Shown: positions 59,525-64,000 of the stretch, piece by piece
How the letters are laid out: every line of letters begins with the position of its first letter
Position numbering within the stretch: the first letter of the stretch is position 1
Source of the DNA: Bdellovibrionales bacterium
GTDB lineage: Bacteria > Bdellovibrionota > Bdellovibrionia > Bdellovibrionales > Bdellovibrionaceae
Length of the DNA: 64,000 nt
Assembly (NCBI GenBank): GCA_031370005.1
Contig: JANMPT010000107.1
Coordinates: 1-64,000 of the forward strand
Reading direction: 5' to 3'
Program-made: the position numbers and the translations under genes
Notes under the pieces: model-generated
What the model saw: the letters and a program-made list of their open reading frames with translations, nothing else
What the model was told of the DNA's origin: nothing
Database searches by the model: none

Positions 59525-60109
59525 TCATGTCAGTGCCTCAATATAAGGGACAATGTCCACCCGTAGTTCTTTCGCATAACGAGCGAGTTTGGATAGATCA
59601 GGTTTATGTTCATCTGTTCTTTTTAGGTAAGATTTTAGGGAATACATGGCCGATTCTTTTGAGAGTTTTTTAAAGGCATCCACCACACATCTTTCTCTAT
59701 CAAAAATATGGGTTTTATATTCGCCGAGCTTGAGCGGAACTCGCCCAAGTTTGAAATTGCGGGTGCGGATGATTTTAGTTTTTGGTCTTTTAATAAGGCC
59801 GCCTTCGTGAGGAACCGCGATCCAGTATTGCCTTTGGATTTCTTGGGTAAGTCCATAGTAAGAAAGGGCGGAAATCAGACAGATGGTTCCATCGGGAATA
59901 CTTTGGGCCGTTTCAAGTAGGTCTTGCCATTCAAAGGGAGCGGAACTTTCAACCTTGGGGTTTCTATAAACCCCGTGGGATACCCGCTCTATGGTCCCTG
60001 TTTTCGCATAATAGGCCAGACTGTTGGCTTTGATACCAAGAGCCTTAGCTTCCTTGCTTGTAAAGGAGGGCCGTTTTAGGAGCTTATTAAGAGCTTTATT
60101 TATTCCCAT
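59525..60109 (-). CDS. AbiEi type IV antitoxin
   Basis: IERVSHGVY; ICLISALSYYGLT; DRERCVVD. Confidence 0.9.
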   Translation of the reverse strand: MGINKALNKLLKRPSFTSKEAKALGIKANSLAYYAKTGTIERVSHGVYRNPKVESSAPFEWQDLLETAQSIPDGTICLISALSYYGLTQEIQRQYWIAVPHEGGLIKRPKTKIIRTRNFKLGRVPLKLGEYKTHIFDRERCVVDAFKKLSKESAMYSLKSYLKRTDEHKPDLSKLARYAKELRVDIVPYIEALT

Positions 60110-60120
60110 AGGAATATTCT

Positions 60121-60159
60121 AATATTCTTACCCATAAAGATCAACTGGGTAAGAATATT
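60121..60159. promoter_or_regulatory. Perfect 14-bp inverted repeat upstream of abiEi (probable operator)
   Basis: AATATTCTTACCCA-N11-TGGGTAAGAATATT. Confidence 0.75.
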
Positions 60160-60250
60160 CAAATCAAAAAGTCTGGATTTTTTATATTTATATGAGGCCC
60201 AACGAGGCCCACTGCGGCCTAACTATTGACTTTCATTGAGGAAAGTTTTA

Positions 60251-61027
60251 TTAAAAATACCTCCACCATATTGGACGCTCTGTCAATGCGAACAGATCGT
60301 CTAACGGTTTTTTATAGTCATATCGCATAGTTTTATTCGACAGAGTAGGGTTGGATAAGACTAATTTCGCCAGTCGAACTTTCTCTAATTCAAATCCATT
60401 TAACTGCATGAAATCATAAGCCTTCCTAAAGAATTGGATAATGCTCGCAGATAACTTCAATGTTGTTAGGTCATTTGCTTTTATAGAAGAGACATCGATT
60501 TCAATTTGTTCGAGAAGTTTTCTTGGAACTCTTGCGACAGCAGAAAACTCTTCTTCGGATAGCAGACCCTTTTCTTTTAGTTCGGAAAGCTTCTCTATTC
60601 GCTCTGTAAGTTCCTGACGAGCGGCCAGGGACTTTGATTCTAAGTCACCCGCCAAAGTGCCCGCTTTATCTAATTGGTTCTGTAGTCGCTGGATAAAAGC
60701 GTCTGTTGCCTTCACAGTCCACTTACTAAAAGGTTCGAATGCAAAGATAAGTTGGCTCATCAGATCTTTTTCATTAATGCGATTTCTGTAGTCGGCGCAT
60801 TTATTATTCGCACAGCGATAGTAAGTGTATCTTTGCAAATTGGCTTTAACGACGGTCTCTCCAGTTACGGCATGGCTACAGCATTCACACTTTAAGAATC
60901 CCATAAACGGCTTAATGATAATTCCTTTTCTTTGGGACTTAAATTGTTGTGCTCGAATGCCGCGAATCTTTTGGCAAGCGTCGAACAATTCTTTTGTTAT
61001 CAGCGGTACATGATTACCTTTAACCAA
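60251..61027 (-). pseudogene. Large serine recombinase C-terminal remnant (zinc ribbon plus coiled coil)
   Basis: GNHVPLITKELFD, GFLKCECC, YYRC; catalytic N-terminal domain absent; ends WWRYF. Confidence 0.8.
60260..60269 (+). repeat. Displaced copy of the tmRNA 3' end (putative att core)
   Basis: CCTCCACCAT is identical to 43834-43843. Confidence 0.65.
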
Positions 61028-61205
61028 ATAGTGCTACCGCATTCCAGAAGCCTTGCTCAGTTCTTTGGCCGAGGCCTTTGTTGATTTCAGAAGTTAAGTT
61101 GTCGATGTAATACTTTGCCATGACAGTACCAAACGGGGCGCGCGGGGTTTTGGCCAATGTCTTGCACAAATAAGCGTGACCAAAATAACTAACGAAATGT
61201 AGATT

Positions 61206-61850
61206 GTGGCCGTGGACAAAGAATTATATAAAAAAATTAAAGCTAAGTATACTTTGGGACCAGCATCGCATTTTATTCACAGAGATAATTTGCTTGGTAT
61301 TCTTCAAGATGGACTACTTTGTCATTCTGCTATGAAAAACAAATCGTATGTGGATATTTCTGATCCAAGTGTTCAGCTCGGCAGAGAACACAAAACTATT
61401 CCTGTTACGAAAAGGAACCTACACGATTATGTGCCTCTTTATTTTGGTCCAAAAACGCCTCTGGTGATAAAATACCAAGATCGTAATGAAGAATTTCTTT
61501 ACTTAAGATTCTCCCTGAATATTTTACAATTACCTGGCGTCGTATTTAGCGATGGTAACGCACGCTCCAATGCGACCAAGTTCTATATGTTCAATGCCCT
61601 GGATGACCTACAAGCCGTGGATTCTACCGCAATTAATGCGGCTTCGTGGGCTGGAGATGATGAAAAGAAAAGACGCAAGCAAGCTGAGATCCTAATCCCT
61701 GATAGAATAGCTCCTGACCAGATTTATGACATTCTTTGTAGCTCTGAAACTGCCAAACAGTATGTCATAGACAAAATGAAGGCTTCTGGTTTAAATTTGA
61801 ACGTAATTATCAGTGGTAACTGGTTCTTTAAACCAAAGGTTCTAAAGTGA
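61206..61850 (+). CDS. darT: DarT DNA ADP-ribosyltransferase toxin
   Basis: HFIHRDNL..IL..GL, LHDYVPLYF, FSDGNA, RRKQAEIL with the catalytic Glu. Confidence 0.9.
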   Translation: MAVDKELYKKIKAKYTLGPASHFIHRDNLLGILQDGLLCHSAMKNKSYVDISDPSVQLGREHKTIPVTKRNLHDYVPLYFGPKTPLVIKYQDRNEEFLYLRFSLNILQLPGVVFSDGNARSNATKFYMFNALDDLQAVDSTAINAASWAGDDEKKRRKQAEILIPDRIAPDQIYDILCSSETAKQYVIDKMKASGLNLNVIISGNWFFKPKVLK

Positions 61851-62371
61851 TAACATACGTTACAGGCAACATTCTAACATCAGCAGCTCAGGTTATTTCT
61901 AACCCGATTAACTGCGTTGGCGTTATGGGTGCTGGTTTAGCTTTAGAATTTAAAAATAATTTTCCTGATATGTATGCGGATTACTCAATTCGTTGTTCGG
62001 ACAAAAAAGTTGTAATTGGCCAGCCCTATCTATGGGAGTCTAACGACAAACAGATTCTGAATTTTCCGACTAAGCGCCACTTTAAAGACAAATCTTTGTT
62101 AGGTGATATTGATGCTGGGTTAGCTTATTTAGCAAGTAACTATGAAGACATGGGTATTACAAGCATCGCTCTTCCTGCTCTTGGTTGTGGCTTAGGTGGC
62201 TTAAATTGGTCTGATGTTAAACTGTTGATCGAAAAGCACTTAAGTCACTTACCTACTCTTGAAGTTTACGTTTATCAGCCAGCCGTATCGACTAGCTCTG
62301 TTAAATCCAAAGAAGAATCTGGTAATAAATCAGTGCCCGCAAAAGATAAAGCTGCAGCAGCTTCTCTTTAA
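61847..62371 (+). CDS. darG: DarG-like macrodomain antitoxin (short)
   Basis: NPINCVGVMGAGLA, NFPTK, PALGCGLGGL; overlaps darT. Confidence 0.88.
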   Translation: MITYVTGNILTSAAQVISNPINCVGVMGAGLALEFKNNFPDMYADYSIRCSDKKVVIGQPYLWESNDKQILNFPTKRHFKDKSLLGDIDAGLAYLASNYEDMGITSIALPALGCGLGGLNWSDVKLLIEKHLSHLPTLEVYVYQPAVSTSSVKSKEESGNKSVPAKDKAAAASL

Positions 62372-62517
62372 ATTAACTCTCTCACACTCATGTACAACCA
62401 AACTTGCGCGTCTTATAGGTTAGATAAGTTTGCTTCAAGCTCAGTTCTTAAATTAATAAGTGTTTCACCTCCAATAAATCTTACAGAATGCACTCGACCT
62501 AATGCAAAGGCTGGACT

Positions 62518-62645
62518 CACTCTACTGAGCGCAGTTTCTGATTATCAATAAATGAAAATTGATCAATGTGCCAAGTTAGATCTCCAGGTAAATCTTTTTT
62601 ACAATATTCTTCAATTTTTTTTCTTAATTCCAACTCTAACGGCAC
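62518..62645 (-). pseudogene. N-terminal remnant of a hypothetical gene
   Basis: GGAGG plus GTG start; reads MPLELELRKKIEEYCKKDLPGDLTWHIDQFSFIDN, then an early stop. Confidence 0.4.
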
Positions 62646-62914
62646 AATACCTCCGGTTTACTCATGTTGACTCCTCTTGCTGATCTTGTGAATTATTAAC
62701 CAACGATATGTTCGTATTTGGATAACTTTCGTTCACTATTTTCAGTAATTCATTTATCAGTATCTCTAAATCATATTTTACGGTTCGCATTGCAAGAGGA
62801 GGCTTTGTCATTCGATGTAGTCTATGAAGAGGATTAATGCATGTTTCAAACAAGTAAGATCTAATTGCTCCCCATTGGCTGTGGACAAAAGCCGAAGGCC
62901 ATTCATAATATTTA

Positions 62915-63276
62915 TCATAGATATCTTTTGCTTCGGATTTGCGTCCTAATCAGGCGGTAAGAGCGATTACTGGTGATTTTATGAGGTGGAACGAGCACCC
63001 ATGTTTGTTTTGGAACCTGCTCGACAAGGTTGTAGTAAAAAAGGGCGGACATACCGCCAATAACAGCATCGGGGCCAAGTTTTGCACAGGCGATTTGAAA
63101 ATCATATTCACGGCCAAGGCTCGCTTCGGGGTGAAGGAAAATCCCCCGATCCACTCGTTTTATTTTTTCCTGCTTAACAAGCTTAGAAAGGCTTTGTTGG
63201 CTAATCCCCAATTCATTGGCCTGAGCAAGAGTAAGATGCCGAGCTTTTTGAGTTTTGTTTCTTGGGTTTTATTCAT
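62915..63276 (-). pseudogene. Second AbiEi antitoxin, frameshifted and 3'-truncated
   Basis: ATG 63276 (MNKTQETKLKKLGI) is out of frame with ...IKRVDRGIF...SALFYYNL; frameshift near 63233. Confidence 0.75.
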
Positions 63277-63508
63277 AATTCTATGATCGGGTGAAATTTA
63301 ACATTTCTGGACATCTCTGTCCGGTAAAATGTGTCCACTAAATCGGGGGAACTTCATATCAGCATGCATGTCTGAATAAGTTAACGGCTAAGAGAACGAC
63401 GAATAGTTCGCTCAGGCAGAGATTTAAATTTTCATCCGAAGAAACGACAAAGGTGGGGCGTCTGATCACGGACACAGTTGATGCTGGTAAAATAAAGTTG
63501 GCGATGAC

Positions 63509-63730
63509 CTATTCAGTGAAGTAGTCCAAATCCAGTTTTTTAACCTCGTAGGTCGCTGACACGTTCATACCAATGTTGTGTTCCCACATCAGCTCAGCCA
63601 TTTGGCGGCCCGAGATCAAAATGATTTTGGCGTCGATGTTCTTTACGAATTACGGGCTTCACTTGTGAAGTCCGCCGTCGTAATAAAAATGCCTTTCTTA
63701 GCTCGCTTCCCTTGCAGGGCTCCGGCAACC
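63509..63730 (-). pseudogene. Mrr-family (type IV) restriction endonuclease C-terminal remnant
   Basis: Across two frameshifts it reads AGALQGKRARK/GIFITTADFTSEARN/VKNIDAKIILISGRQMAELMWEHNIG...YEVKKLDLDYFTE*. Confidence 0.75.
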
Positions 63731-64000
63731 CTGGGAGGGAGTAGTTGCCTCCTTACTTGTCTGGCATTGCCGAAATTGGGCAGTCACAGGTGGCAGCGGT
63801 TGGTCGCGGCGGGATTTGATACAAAAAACCTGTCGTTGTAGTTTTTTAGTAGCGACAACTTAATTAAGGTTTCCCGCCACTTCACTTCTTCTCACCACCG
63901 ATAATATCCTTCATATCCTGGGGCTAGGTTAAATCTTCGTGGCTCGAGACATAAGATAGTGTTGATGCAGAACATTGTCTTTTGCGAATCGTGCAATTAA

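Larger units (their letters stand above)
43843..64000. mobile_element. Stacked, decaying genomic islands at the tmRNA 3' end (continue past the window)
   Basis: Starts immediately after ssrA. Contains tyrosine and serine recombinase remnants, many TA/defence genes and pseudogenes, and a CCTCCACCAT copy at 60260. Confidence 0.85.

Overview
Chromosomal window from a Bdellovibrionota (Bdellovibrio-like) predatory bacterium. The taxon call is an inference from MglA with Ser at the Gly21 position and no mglB, a TIGR02147-type protein, a DUF4360-type protein and the flagellar operon layout. Layout: (1) 1-2137, a tandem array of three paralogous secreted-protein cassettes with hypervariable cores, each preceded by a 3' remnant of a partner gene. 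(2) 2661-19168, a minus-strand flagellar basal body/hook operon (TPR gene, degenerate sigma54 activator, flgBC, fliEFGHIJ, motE-like, fliK, flgD, flgE). (3) 19383-35280, housekeeping genes (mlaEFD-like, dciA, trmFO, valS, nadA, mglA, recR, ybaB, dnaX, SRP RNA, srkA). (4) 35261-40562, an accessory patch with a direct-repeat-flanked HEPN cassette and a ThiF / esterase / LuxI-FeeM-like acyltransferase / ligand-binding regulator / 2x XRE cluster; this is my best candidate for an undescribed signalling system. (5) tmRNA at 43490-43842, followed to the window end by stacked, decaying genomic islands: a detox operon, an ImmA-PIN module, Doc, HigBA, AbiE, DarTG, and integrase, recombinase and Mrr remnants. 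A displaced copy of the tmRNA 3' end sits at 60260. All product calls come from reading motifs by eye; no database searches were run.
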